Assembly (NCBI GenBank): GCA_963776935.1
Contig: CAVZOP010000007.1
Coordinates: forward strand, 8,788-72,787
DNA length: 64,000 nt
Origin: Ilumatobacteraceae bacterium
GTDB lineage: Bacteria > Actinomycetota > Acidimicrobiia > Acidimicrobiales > Ilumatobacteraceae
Direction of reading: 5' to 3'
Made by a program: the position numbers and the translations under genes
Part shown: one piece after another, positions 27,237-37,482 of the stretch
Layout: each line of letters starts with the position of its first letter
Position numbering within the stretch: the first letter of the stretch is position 1
Notes under the pieces: generated by a model
Seen by the model: only the letters and a program-made list of their open reading frames with translations
What the model was told of the DNA's origin: nothing
Database searches by the model: none

Positions 27237-28723
27237 ATGCGACAGCTCAGTGGCATCGATGTGACCTTCCTCAACATGGAGACGTCGACCACCTACGGCC
27301 ACGTCTCGTCGCTCAACATCTACGACCCGACCGGGGTACCCGGCGGGGCCGGCGTCGAGGCGATGAAACAACTGATCCTCGAACGCATCGACCAGCTGGC
27401 GCCGTTCCGGCGGCGACTCGTCGAGGTTCCGCTCGGACTCGACCTGCCGTACTGGATCGAGGACCCCGATTTCGACATCGACTTCCACGTCCGCCACCAC
27501 GCGGTCGCACCGCCCGGCACCCCCGAGCAGCTCGGGGAGGCGATCAGTCGCATCCACGGGCGCCCGCTCGACCGTCGCCGCCCACTCTGGGAGCTGTACG
27601 TCATCGAAGGTGTCGATGGCGGCCGCCTGATCGCCCAGCTCACCAAGGTCCACCACGCCGCCATCGACGGCGCGGCCGGGGCGCTGATGCTCGCCGCGAT
27701 CCTCGACTCCGATCCCGACAGCGCGTCCCACGGGCTTGCCACTCCCGTGGTCGCCCGACCGGATCCCGACCGACCAAGAGCTGCTGCAGCGCACGCTCGC
27801 CGAGTACGTGCGGCGGCCCGAGAAGCTGATCCGCCTGTCGGTGCGGTCGCTACGGGAACTGGCGGCGTCGACGCAGGTCGGCGGGTTGCGAATCCTCGCC
27901 GATCTGATCGCCCAGCCGATGCCGGGACCGCTCGGATCGCTGATGCGCAACGCGCCTGCGGCGGGGCTCCGAGTCCGAGGTCGACCGGCCGCCGCACCTG
28001 CCACCGACGGCCGCGCCTCGGACACCGTGGAACAAGTCGATCTCACCGCATCGGCGGTTCGCCTACACCACGATCGACCTGGAGTCGGCGAAGCAGGTGC
28101 GGCGGGCGACCGGCTGCACGTTCAACGACGTCGTGATGGCGATCTGCTCCGGGACGCTGCGGCGCTACCTCCTGAAGCACGACTGCCTACCCGAGGAGTC
28201 GTTGATCGCGATGGTGCCGGTCAGCGTCCGATCGGGGTCGGAGTCCGACAGCTACTCGAACCGGGTGTCGGCGATGCTCGGCGACCTGGCGACGGACGAG
28301 GCCGACCCGGCGAAGCGGCTGGCGCGGGTGCAGCGCAGCATGACGGCGGCGAAGGAGAACTTCAGGGCGATCCCGGCCGAGACGCTCCAGGACTTCACCC
28401 AGTTCGCGCCGCCTGCGATCGCGGCGCGGGCGATGCGGATGTACAGCCGGTTGCGGATCGCCGATCGCATGAACCCGCCGTTCAACGTCGTGATCTCCAA
28501 CGTGCCCGGGCCACCGACCCCGCTCTACGCCGCCGGCGCCAAGCTCAAACACTTCTACCCGGTGTCGGCGCTGGCCGACGGTCAAGGCCTCAACATCACC
28601 GTGCAGAGCTACAACGGCAACCTCGACTTCGGGTTCCTCGCCGACCGCGAGCTGGTCCCCGACGTGTGGGCGATGACCGAGCTCCTCCACGAGTCGATGG
28701 ACGAGCTGCTCGCCCTCGTGTAA
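27237..28723 (+). pseudogene. Wax ester synthase/diacylglycerol acyltransferase (WS/DGAT) family, two frame breaks (~27730, ~27960) as sequenced
   Basis: MRQLSGIDVTFLNMET.., catalytic ..HHAAIDGAAGA... The middle part is in the track frame 27736 (..PLPWSPDRIPTDQELLQRTLAEYV..). The C-terminal part is in the frame 28097 (..TPWNKSISPHRRFAYTTIDL..NVVISNVPGPP..). Confidence 0.8.
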
Positions 28724-28724
28724 T

Positions 28725-28783
28725 CCCCTGTTTGTGTCACCGCGCCCGGCGACCCTCGCCGGTGTCGGTGACACAAACAGGGG
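28725..28783. terminator. Nested perfect hairpin between convergent genes (bidirectional terminator candidate)
   Basis: The outer stem is CCCCTGTTTGTGTCACCG..CGGTGACACAAACAGGGG (18 bp). It encloses the inner stem CCGGCGA-ccc-TCGCCGG. It fills almost all of the gap between the WS/DGAT stop (28723) and the reductase stop (28785). Confidence 0.45.
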
Positions 28784-28784
28784 T

Positions 28785-30803
28785 TCACAGGGTCAGGGCG
28801 AGGGCGCGACCTTCGTAGAAGGCGAGGCTGGCGCGGCGCGGGGCGACGCAGTCGCCGATCTGATGGACGGCGACACCGGCACGTCCGAGCTCGAGGCCCA
28901 ACTCGTCATTGGCGCGGGGCGTCTCGGCGATCACCAACCAGTCGAACGGTTCGGACGCCACCAGTCCCGTGAGCGTCGAACGCAACGTGGCGCTGTCGCC
29001 GTGCCACGCGTCGACGACGGTGTGGGGACGCATGACCCCGCCCGCGCGTGCGAAGCGTTGGCGGGCCGGGACGTCGGCGGCGCTGTGGAACAGGCCAGCG
29101 GCGACGGCTGCCGCAGATGTCGCGATGGTCACGTCGCAGCCGTGCTCCTGCAGGAACATCGCGGTTCCGATCCCCTGCCAATCGCCCAGGTCGTCGAGCA
29201 GGAGCACCCGCTCGCTGATCGACGACCCGAGGTCGCGCCCGTCGAGGATGTCGTCGATCGAGACCACGTGCCGATCGTCGATGCCCACCAGTCGATCGAT
29301 CATCGGTGCCGCGCGTTGGAATCCGGCCCGCGCCGGCGAGGCACCCGTGGCGACGATCACGACCTGCGCCCCGCTCGCCGCGATCCACGCACCGTCGACG
29401 TGTGTGTCGACCCGAAGGTCGACGCCGAGCTGGGCGAGCTGGCGGCCGTACCAGTCGATGTGGTCGAGCACCTGCCGGCGGGTCGGCTGCAATCCCGCCA
29501 GCCGATACCGGCCTCCGATCTGTGGTGCCGCCTCGACGAGGATCACGTCGTGGCGCCGTTCGGCACAGACACGCGCCGCCTCGAGGCCGGCCGGTCCGGC
29601 ACCGACGACGAGCACGGTCTGGCGCCGTTCTGCCGGCACGAACCGGTCCCCGCCCCAGATGTGCTCACGACCGGCCGACGGATTGATCAGGCACGAGATC
29701 CAGTAGTCGCGGGAGCGACGCCCCCAGCACAACTGGTTGCACGAGATGCAGGGGCGGACATCGCCGGCACGACCCTCCCGCGCTTTGCGGACCAGATGCG
29801 GATCGGCGATCTGACCGCGGACGATCGACACCATGTCGGCATGGCCGGCGGCGAGCACCTCCTCGGCAGCTTCAGGCGTTCGGATGTGGCTCTCGGCCTG
29901 CACGAGCGCATGCGACGTCACCTGCTTCAGCGCCGCCGCAAACGGTTCTCCGAGGCGGGCCGGATACAGCGACGTCGGCATCAACTTGTAGAAGTCGAAG
30001 TAGCTCCCCGTGCCGCACGTGACGTAGTCCATCAACGCCCGCTCGTCGTGCCAGGCGACGATCTCCTGCATCGACTCCAACGACAGCGACGGGTCCGACT
30101 CGGGGTCGACGTTGACGGCCAGACCGACGATGAAGTCGTCACCCACCTCCTCGCGGATCGCTTCCAGCAGCGTCGCCGAGAACCTCACGCGGTTCTCGAG
30201 TGCACCTCCCCAACGGTCGGTCCGGCGGTTCGACCACGGCGTCCAGAACTGATCGATGACGGCGTGGTAGGCGGCGAACAGCTCGACGCCGTCGAACCCC
30301 GACGACCGGGCCCGCCCGGCGGCGCGCACGAACGCTTCGACGAGCTCGAGGATCTCGGCTTCCGTCATCGCGTGGCTGCCGTCTGCGTCGTGGTACGACG
30401 GCAAGCCGGACGGCGACCAGTTGGGCGCGAACGAGTTGTCGGCATCACCGTGCTGACCGACGTGGTACAGCTGGTGGATCATGACGACGTCGCCGTCGGC
30501 AGCATCTCGACATGCATCCGTCAGTCGCCGGAAGCCAGGGATGACAGAGTCGTCGTCGGGCCGGAAGTTGCCGCGCGTGAGCACGGCGGTCCGGTGTACC
30601 GGCATCGGCTCGACGACGATCATCCCGACACCGCCGAGGGCGCGTTCGCAGTAGTACGCGATGTGCCGCTCGGAGACGAGACCGTCCTCGCCCATGTTGG
30701 CGGTGTGAGCGCCGAAATTGATCCTGCTGCGCAGCGTGCGGTGGCGCAGTTGCAGCGGCGCGAACACGTGGGGGAAGGCGCCGGCGGCGGACTCGGCGCT
30801 CAC
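28785..30803 (-). CDS. NADH:flavin oxidoreductase (Old Yellow Enzyme family) fused to FAD/NAD(P)-binding domain (2,4-dienoyl-CoA reductase-like)
   Basis: ..FAPLQLRHRTLRSRINFGAHTANM.., ..GFDGVELFAAYHAVIDQFWTPWSNRRTDRWGG.., then the Fe-S linker ..CISCNQLCWG.. and the Rossmann motif ..VLVVGAGPAGLEAA... The GTG start at 30803 overlaps the GMC stop (GTGA). Confidence 0.8.
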   Translation of the reverse strand: MSAESAAGAFPHVFAPLQLRHRTLRSRINFGAHTANMGEDGLVSERHIAYYCERALGGVGMIVVEPMPVHRTAVLTRGNFRPDDDSVIPGFRRLTDACRDAADGDVVMIHQLYHVGQHGDADNSFAPNWSPSGLPSYHDADGSHAMTEAEILELVEAFVRAAGRARSSGFDGVELFAAYHAVIDQFWTPWSNRRTDRWGGALENRVRFSATLLEAIREEVGDDFIVGLAVNVDPESDPSLSLESMQEIVAWHDERALMDYVTCGTGSYFDFYKLMPTSLYPARLGEPFAAALKQVTSHALVQAESHIRTPEAAEEVLAAGHADMVSIVRGQIADPHLVRKAREGRAGDVRPCISCNQLCWGRRSRDYWISCLINPSAGREHIWGGDRFVPAERRQTVLVVGAGPAGLEAARVCAERRHDVILVEAAPQIGGRYRLAGLQPTRRQVLDHIDWYGRQLAQLGVDLRVDTHVDGAWIAASGAQVVIVATGASPARAGFQRAAPMIDRLVGIDDRHVVSIDDILDGRDLGSSISERVLLLDDLGDWQGIGTAMFLQEHGCDVTIATSAAAVAAGLFHSAADVPARQRFARAGGVMRPHTVVDAWHGDSATLRSTLTGLVASEPFDWLVIAETPRANDELGLELGRAGVAVHQIGDCVAPRRASLAFYEGRALALTL

Positions 30804-32132
30804 GTCGCGGCGGCTCCGCCGCGCAACCAGTGCGCGGCCATCGTCTCGGCGAGCATCACCGTCGGGATGTGGGTGTTGACCGGAGGGATGTCGGCGAACA
30901 CGGATGCGTCGCACACGAACAACCCGTCATAGCCGTTGACGCGGCAGTCGTCGTCGACGACGACACCCATCCGGCACGAGCACGACGCGTGCACGTAGTC
31001 GCCGACGCTTTCCACGAGCCATTCGGCGATGCGCACCGGGGAGTCGAGCTCATCGATCGTGGTGCCCACGTCGTCGATGTAGGCGGACGTGACGATCGCC
31101 TCGAACGCCGGATGACGCAGGAGCCCCAGCGTCAACTCGACGCCCCGCACCAGCGCCGCCGCGTCGGCGGGATCCGAGAGCATGCGGAACTCGACGTGCG
31201 GATGGACGCGCGGATCGGGGTCGGCGAGCGAGACCCGGCCGGCGCTGCTGACGTTCATCAGCGCCGGCATCAGCAACCCGTAACCCCGCGCCCGCGGCCC
31301 GAGGTGGTTCATGGGCAACACCTGCAGGCCGTCGCGACGCAGCATCGTCGTCGCTACTGCCGACGACGGATCGGCGATCGCATCGGCAATGAGCTTCAGC
31401 GCGATCGGCGCCGACGGGTGGTCCTTCAATCCCTCCCCCACCCCGGGCGTCTCGACGCCGCTGCGCAGCAGGATCGCCGGGCTGTGGATCGCACCGGCGC
31501 TGACGACCACCCGGTCTGCTTCGAGATGGACGCCGGCTGCCGTCTCGACACCGACCGCCCGCCGGCCGTCGAAGACGACCCGGTCGACGTGGACGTCACC
31601 CATGATGTCGAGGTTCGGCCGGGACCGGATCGGATCGAGGTACGCCTCCACCACAGTGACGCGCCGGCCACCACGACGGGTGAGCGGGACCGGCCCGGCG
31701 TCGGGATCGGCGGCAACGAGCGCCCGGTCGACCGCACCCCACTCGTACTCGGGAACGAGCTCGGTGGCGACCAGGTGGTCGGCGACGAACGGCCCACCCT
31801 CCAGCGCGATCATCGCGTTGACCGCCCCCGAACCGCCGAGCCCCCGCCCACTCAGGTAACGGGTCGGCGCCTGACCGTCGACGCGAACCGCGGTGAGGTC
31901 GCGATGAGTGCGATCGGGGTCGGCGAGATCGTCGAAGAAGCTCCGGCTGCCGGCGCTGCCGCGCGCCGCCGGCTCCCGCTTCGCCGGCGTCGCCCTCGGC
32001 ACCGGATCGGCGCGCCGGGCCCGATTCGAGCAACGTCACCTCGTTCGACGGATCGGCGCTCAGTCGGGCGGCGAGCACGCAGCCGGCCGATCCGCCTCCG
32101 ACGATGGTCCACCGCGCCGTCGATTTCGTCAT
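30800..32132 (-). pseudogene. GMC-family oxidoreductase (choline dehydrogenase-like), frame break between ~31900 and 32010 as sequenced
   Basis: The N-terminus ..WTIVGGGSAGCVLAARLSADPSNEVTLLESGP.. is in one frame. ..YLSGRGLGGSGAVNAMIALEG.. and the C-terminal substrate-binding half are in the track frame 30800-32002. Confidence 0.75.
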
Positions 32133-32189
32133 CGTCTACGTCACCGGGGGGTGAGCAGGACGGTCGACGGATGGATCATCGGTCGCTGG

Positions 32190-32861
32190 TCACGGCGACG
32201 ACGCCTCGACCGTGGCGAGGTGGGCGTGATCGTTGTACCGCTCGAGCCTCCAACGGCCCGGGCCCACCAGCAACAGCTCGGTGATCGAGGTGTTCGACGT
32301 GCGCATCTCGAAGATCCCGGTCGACGGGGTACGCAGCGCCATCCTCAGGGTGGCGTCGACGACACCGCCATGACACACCACCACGAGCGTCTGCCCGCTG
32401 TGGCGGTCGAGCACAGCGCGCAGGGCGACACCCACACGGTGGTGGAACGCGGCGACCGTCTCACCTCCAGGGAACGTCACCGCGTGGGGATCGACCTCCC
32501 AGTCCGGCCGCCCGTGGGCCTCGATGAAGGCTTCGAACGTCATCCCGTCGCAGTCGGGGCCGGGATCGTGCTCGCCGAAGCCCTCGTCGACCTTCACGTC
32601 GAGCCCACCCAGCGCCGGGGCGATGATCTCGGCCGTCTCGATGGCGCGCGGGTAGGCGCTGGCGTACAGCGCGTCGGCGGTGATCTCGCCCGTCGTCGCA
32701 AGTCGGTCCCGGAGGGCCTCTGCCTGCCGGCGCCCGAACGGCGACAGTCCCACGCAGGTTCGCGGCCCACCGATCACCCGGTTGACGGTGACCATCGACT
32801 CGGCGTGGCGGACCAGGACCAGGCGCGTCTGGACGTAGTCGGGCGCATCGAACTCACTCAT
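32190..32861 (-). CDS. Histidine phosphatase (phosphoglycerate mutase) family protein
   Basis: ..RLVLVRHAESM.. (RHG-type motif) and ..LVVVCHGGVV... Confidence 0.75.
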   Translation of the reverse strand: MSEFDAPDYVQTRLVLVRHAESMVTVNRVIGGPRTCVGLSPFGRRQAEALRDRLATTGEITADALYASAYPRAIETAEIIAPALGGLDVKVDEGFGEHDPGPDCDGMTFEAFIEAHGRPDWEVDPHAVTFPGGETVAAFHHRVGVALRAVLDRHSGQTLVVVCHGGVVDATLRMALRTPSTGIFEMRTSNTSITELLLVGPGRWRLERYNDHAHLATVEASSP

Positions 32862-32972
32862 CCGGCCCCACTCACCCCCGCTCGATCATCCGGCCTGGCA
32901 CACGGATCCGACTCATCGCGGTCAGGCTACGCGGGCCCGCCGGCAAACATTTCGTTCAAAGTCACGTGCGGA

Positions 32973-35801
32973 GTGGCCAGGACTCCTAGGGTCGGCGCAG
33001 TGGCCGCTGGGCACCGACTGACCATCACGTCGATCGATCCCGACCCCCGTGGCCGGGCCCTCGTCGCCGCCATCGCCCAGCTCGGCCTGCCCGCGCCGGA
33101 TCCCGACGAGGTCGCCGTCGCCGACCTCGTGTTCGTCGATGGGCCGCTGAGCAGGGACGACCTGGTCGCCCTCGAAGACTTCCTCGTCGATCCGTTGCTG
33201 CAGCGCGGCACGTGGTCCACACCTACGGCACCCGGCATCGAGATCACATACCTCGCCGGCGTCACCGACGGAGCGGCCGCCGCCCTGATGCATGCCGCGG
33301 CCCAGCTCGGAGTGCCCGTGAAGGTCGCCGCGACGGGTCGCCGGGTCGAGCTCGGTCGGGCCATCGATCCGGCGACCGCCGACGACATCGTTCGCCGCGT
33401 CGTCGCCAACCCGATCATCGAGCGGTGGGCGTTCGGATCGATCGAGCCCGACCTCACGTCGGGCGGGCGATCCGACGGCACCGCCGCAGTCGTTCCCGTG
33501 CGCGAGCTGTCAACCCGCGAGCTCGAGCAGGTCGGCATCGATCGCGCCCTCGCCCTCGATCCCGACGAGCTGGTGGCCGTGCAGCAGCACTTCGTCGCCG
33601 AGGGTCGCGATCCCACCGACGTCGAGCTCGAGACGATCGCCCAGACGTGGAGCGAACACTGCTCGCACAAGACGTTCCGGGCGTCGCTCGTCACCGACAC
33701 CGGCGACGAACGGCCACCGCTGCTCACCGTGCTTCGCCGGTGCACCGACACCATTGCCGCCCCGTTCGTGCGATCGGCGTTCGTCGGCAACGCCGGCATC
33801 GTGTCGTACCGAGCCGGCACGACGATCGCGCTCAAGGCCGAGACCCACAACCACCCGTCGGCGGTCGAGCCGTTCGGCGGCGCCAACACCGGCGTCGGCG
33901 GCGTGATCCGCGACGTGCTCGGGGCCGCCCACCGTCCCATCGCGATCACCGACGTGTTGTGCTTCGGACCGCCCGACATCCCCCTCGCCGATGTCCCCGA
34001 CGGCGCCCTCCACCCACTACGGATTCGCGAGGGTGTGATCGACGGCGTCGCCGACTACGGCAACAAGATCGGTCTGCCCACGGTCGCCGGAGCGGTCCTC
34101 TACGACCCCGCCTTCACCACCAACCCGTTGGTGTTCGCCGGATGCATCGGCGTCGCCGACGATCGACCCGCCTCCACGGGCCCGCACCCCGGCGATCGCG
34201 TCGTCGTGCTCGGTGGCCGGACCGGCCGCGACGGCATCCGCGGTGCGACGTTCTCGTCGGCGACGATGGACGCCACCACCGGTTCGGTGGCGGGCGCGAG
34301 CGTGCAGATCGGCGACCCGGTCACCGAGAAGTTGCTGATCGACGTGCTGGTGGGTGCGGAGGACCTCTACACGGCGATCACCGATTGCGGCGCAGGCGGG
34401 CTGTCGTCGGCGGTCGGCGAGATGGCCGACGGTGTCGGTGCCGATGTCGAGCTCGACCTCGTGCCCCTCAAGTACGCGGGCCTCGAACCGTGGGAGATCT
34501 GGCTGTCGGAAGCGCAGGAACGGATGGTCGTGGCGGTCGACCCGCACCGCCTCGGCGAGCTGCGCGAGCGCTGCCGGGCGCACGGTGTGGAGCTGGCCGA
34601 CCTCGGTTCGTTCACCGGTGACCGCCGGCTGGTCGTCCGCTCGCACGGCGATGTCGTGCTCGATCTCGACACCGGCTTCCTGCACGACGGCCGGCCACCG
34701 CGGCGGATGACCGCCACGATGCCGCAGCCCGACCGAACGGCCGGCATCGGTCGCACCGTCGACGACCCGAACTCGGCGCTGCTCGCCCTGCTCGCCCACC
34801 GCAACATCGCGTCCAAGGCAACCACGATCCACCGCTACGACCACGAGATCCTGGGCGCCACGGCGGTGCGCCCGCTCGTCGGCGTGCTGTCGGATGCGCC
34901 GGCCGACGGGGTCGTCCTCGCCGATCCTGGCGACGTCGACGGCATGGCGATCGGCATCGGCGTCAATCCGTGGTACGGACTCCACGACCCGTGGGCGATG
35001 GCCTACGCCGTCGTCGACGAGGCGATCCGCAACATCGTCGCCGTCGGTGCCGACCCCGATCGAGTGTCGTTGCTCGACAACTTCTCGTGGGGCGACCCGC
35101 GGCGGGCGTCGACACTCGGCGACCTGGTCGCCGCCGTCGACGGATGCTGCGCGGCGGCCATCGACCACGGCGCGCCGTTCGTGTCGGGGAAGGACTCGCT
35201 CAACAACGAGTACACGGGCGCCGACGGCGAGCGCCATGCCGTGCCCCCGACGCTGGTGATCACCGCCGTCGGCCACGTCCCCGACGCCGATGCGTGCGTC
35301 ACCCCCGATCTGGCGACGGCCGGCGACGCCCTGTTCCTGCTCGGCGGCACGCACAGTGAGTTCGCGGGGAGCCACCTCGACCTCGTGCTCGGTGCGCCCG
35401 CCAGGGCGGGCTCGGTGCCTCGCCCGGATCCGAACGCGCCGGCGCGCTACCGCAACCTCCACCGGGCGATCCGTGCCGGGCTCGTGCGGGCGTGCCACGA
35501 CGTGAGCGAGGGCGGCTTGGCGGTCGCCCTCGCCGAGATGTGCATCGGTGGCCGGCTCGGTGCATCCGTCACCGCGCTCCCGCACGACGACATCACCACG
35601 GCGCTGTTCGCCGAGTCGACGAGCCGGCTCGTCGTCGAAGTCGCACCGGCCGACGTCGACCGCTTCCGCGACCTGATGGCCGAGCCGATCCACCACCTCG
35701 GTCATGTCACCGACGATGGCCAGCTGTCGATCGCCGGCGTCGCACCACTCCACGTCGACGAGCTCGTCGCCGCCTTCGAACGGATCGGGATGAGCGCGTG
35801 A
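32973..35801 (+). CDS. purL: Phosphoribosylformylglycinamidine synthase subunit PurL with two N-terminal PurS-like modules
   Basis: The core is ..ETIAQTWSEHCSHKTF.., ..KAETHNHPSAVEPFGGANTGVGGVIRD... About 190 extra N-terminal residues form two PurS-like units (..ITSIDPDPRGRALVAAIAQLGL..LVDPLLQR..; ..LAGVTDGAAAALMHAAAQLGVP..VVANPIIERWAF..). The start is ambiguous (GTG 32973 or 33000). Confidence 0.85.
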   Translation: MARTPRVGAVAAGHRLTITSIDPDPRGRALVAAIAQLGLPAPDPDEVAVADLVFVDGPLSRDDLVALEDFLVDPLLQRGTWSTPTAPGIEITYLAGVTDGAAAALMHAAAQLGVPVKVAATGRRVELGRAIDPATADDIVRRVVANPIIERWAFGSIEPDLTSGGRSDGTAAVVPVRELSTRELEQVGIDRALALDPDELVAVQQHFVAEGRDPTDVELETIAQTWSEHCSHKTFRASLVTDTGDERPPLLTVLRRCTDTIAAPFVRSAFVGNAGIVSYRAGTTIALKAETHNHPSAVEPFGGANTGVGGVIRDVLGAAHRPIAITDVLCFGPPDIPLADVPDGALHPLRIREGVIDGVADYGNKIGLPTVAGAVLYDPAFTTNPLVFAGCIGVADDRPASTGPHPGDRVVVLGGRTGRDGIRGATFSSATMDATTGSVAGASVQIGDPVTEKLLIDVLVGAEDLYTAITDCGAGGLSSAVGEMADGVGADVELDLVPLKYAGLEPWEIWLSEAQERMVVAVDPHRLGELRERCRAHGVELADLGSFTGDRRLVVRSHGDVVLDLDTGFLHDGRPPRRMTATMPQPDRTAGIGRTVDDPNSALLALLAHRNIASKATTIHRYDHEILGATAVRPLVGVLSDAPADGVVLADPGDVDGMAIGIGVNPWYGLHDPWAMAYAVVDEAIRNIVAVGADPDRVSLLDNFSWGDPRRASTLGDLVAAVDGCCAAAIDHGAPFVSGKDSLNNEYTGADGERHAVPPTLVITAVGHVPDADACVTPDLATAGDALFLLGGTHSEFAGSHLDLVLGAPARAGSVPRPDPNAPARYRNLHRAIRAGLVRACHDVSEGGLAVALAEMCIGGRLGASVTALPHDDITTALFAESTSRLVVEVAPADVDRFRDLMAEPIHHLGHVTDDGQLSIAGVAPLHVDELVAAFERIGMSA

Positions 35802-36520
35802 CACCACTGCCGGCGATCGTCATCAGCGGACCGGGCACCAACCGCGACGGAGATGCGGCGCTCGCGCTCCGGCTGGCCGGAGCCGATGCGACGATCGTGT
35901 CGGCGACCGAGCTCGTCGAACGTCCGGGCCTGCTGCACGACGCGCGTCTCGCCGTCGTCGCCGGCGGTTTCAGCTACGGCGACGCACTCGGTGCGGGTCG
36001 GATGCTCGCCCTCGACCTCACCGTCGGGCTCGGCGACGCGTTGCGCGACTTCGTCGCCGCCGGTCGCCCGCTGATCGGGATCTGCAACGGCTTCCAGGTG
36101 CTCACCCGCACGGGCCTGCTCCCGGGAGCGCTCGGCCACAACGCCCAGGGGCACTTCGACTGCCGCTGGGTCGAGCTCGATCCGCAGCCCGGGTCGAGGT
36201 GCGTGTGGACGATGGGCCTCGACGAGGCCGTCCACTGCCCGATCGCCCACGGCGAGGGCCGCTACGTGCACCCCGACGTCGACACGCTGGCGGCCGACGG
36301 TCAGGTCGCGCTGCGCTACCGCGGATCCAACCCCAACGGCTCGATGGCCGACATCGCCGGGGTGTGCGACGTCTCCGGGATGGTGCTCGGGCTGATGCCG
36401 CATCCCGAGAACCACGTCGTCGCCCGCCAGCACCCGCACCACCGGCGCGGTGGTGGCGGCTCTGCCCACCTCGGTCTGCGGGTGTTCGAGAACGGCGTCG
36501 ACTACGCGAGGGCTGCATAG
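35798..36520 (+). CDS. purQ: Phosphoribosylformylglycinamidine synthase, glutamine amidotransferase subunit PurQ
   Basis: GTG at 35798 overlaps the purL stop. Motifs are ..GGFSYGD.., nucleophile ..GICNGFQVL.. and ..MPHPE... Confidence 0.88.
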   Translation: MTPLPAIVISGPGTNRDGDAALALRLAGADATIVSATELVERPGLLHDARLAVVAGGFSYGDALGAGRMLALDLTVGLGDALRDFVAAGRPLIGICNGFQVLTRTGLLPGALGHNAQGHFDCRWVELDPQPGSRCVWTMGLDEAVHCPIAHGEGRYVHPDVDTLAADGQVALRYRGSNPNGSMADIAGVCDVSGMVLGLMPHPENHVVARQHPHHRRGGGGSAHLGLRVFENGVDYARAA

Positions 36521-36528
36521 GAGGATCG

Positions 36529-37482
36529 ATGCAGACGAACACGATCGAACCCTTCATCGAGATCGAGCTCCCGCTCGCCGATCGACGCGACGGCAAGGTG
36601 CGGGCGTCGTACGAGCTCGATTCGGAGCGACGGTTGATGATCACCACCGATCGCCTGTCGGCCTTCGATCGAGTGATCGCCGCGGTGCCGTACAAGGGGC
36701 AGGTGCTCAACGAGCTGTCCGCATGGTGGTTCGCGCGGACCTCCGACATCGTCGCCAACCATGTCGTCGGTGTGCCCGACCCGAACGTTCTGATCGCCCG
36801 CGCGGCGCGGCCGCTCCCGGTCGAAGTCGTCGTGCGCGGCTACATCACCGGTGTCACCGACACGTCGTTGTGGCGCCAGTACCACGACGGGGCGCGCACG
36901 ATCTACGGCCATCGCTTCCCCGACGGGCTGGCCAAGAACACGCCGCTCCCCGACGCGATCGTGACGCCCACCACCAAGGCCGAGCACGGCGGCCACGACG
37001 AGCCGGTCACGTGCGACGAGGTCGTCAGCCGCGGGCTCCTCGACGCCGAGCTGTGGGAGCGGGTGATGGCAGCCGCCCTCGAGGTGTTCCACCGCGGGAG
37101 CGTGCTGGGGCGCGAGGCTGGGCTGATCCTCGCCGACACGAAGTACGAGTTCGGTCTCGCATCTGACGATTCGCTGCTGCTGATCGACGAGGTCCACACC
37201 CCGGATTCGTCGCGGTGGTGGATCGCCGCCACCTACGACGACCGTCTCGCCGCCGGCGAGGAGCCCGAGAGCCTCGACAAAGAGGTCGTCCGACGGGCGT
37301 TCGCGGAGATCGGCTACCGCGGTGATGGCCCTGTGCCGCGGCTCTCAGATGACGTGTGGGCCGCCACCTCGGCGCGCTACATCGACGCCTTCGAGCGCCT
37401 GACCGGCGCCGCATTCGAGCCGGGCTCATACCCGGTCGCCGAGCGCATCGTCGCCAACCTGACAGAAGCGGGGATCCTTTGA
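36529..37482 (+). CDS. purC: Phosphoribosylaminoimidazole-succinocarboxamide (SAICAR) synthase
   Basis: An AGGAGGA RBS precedes ATG 36529. Motifs are ..GKVRASYE..ITTDRLSAFD.. and ..LADTKYEFG... Confidence 0.88.
   Translation: MQTNTIEPFIEIELPLADRRDGKVRASYELDSERRLMITTDRLSAFDRVIAAVPYKGQVLNELSAWWFARTSDIVANHVVGVPDPNVLIARAARPLPVEVVVRGYITGVTDTSLWRQYHDGARTIYGHRFPDGLAKNTPLPDAIVTPTTKAEHGGHDEPVTCDEVVSRGLLDAELWERVMAAALEVFHRGSVLGREAGLILADTKYEFGLASDDSLLLIDEVHTPDSSRWWIAATYDDRLAAGEEPESLDKEVVRRAFAEIGYRGDGPVPRLSDDVWAATSARYIDAFERLTGAAFEPGSYPVAERIVANLTEAGIL

Noticed and set aside
32862-32972. Possible ZTP (pfl) or other purine-related riboswitch upstream of purL
   Set aside because: The 111-nt leader lacks the conserved 3' CCGCCUGGGC-type element and the GGGUCGUGAC-like 5' module. 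It has only generic GC-rich pairing potential.
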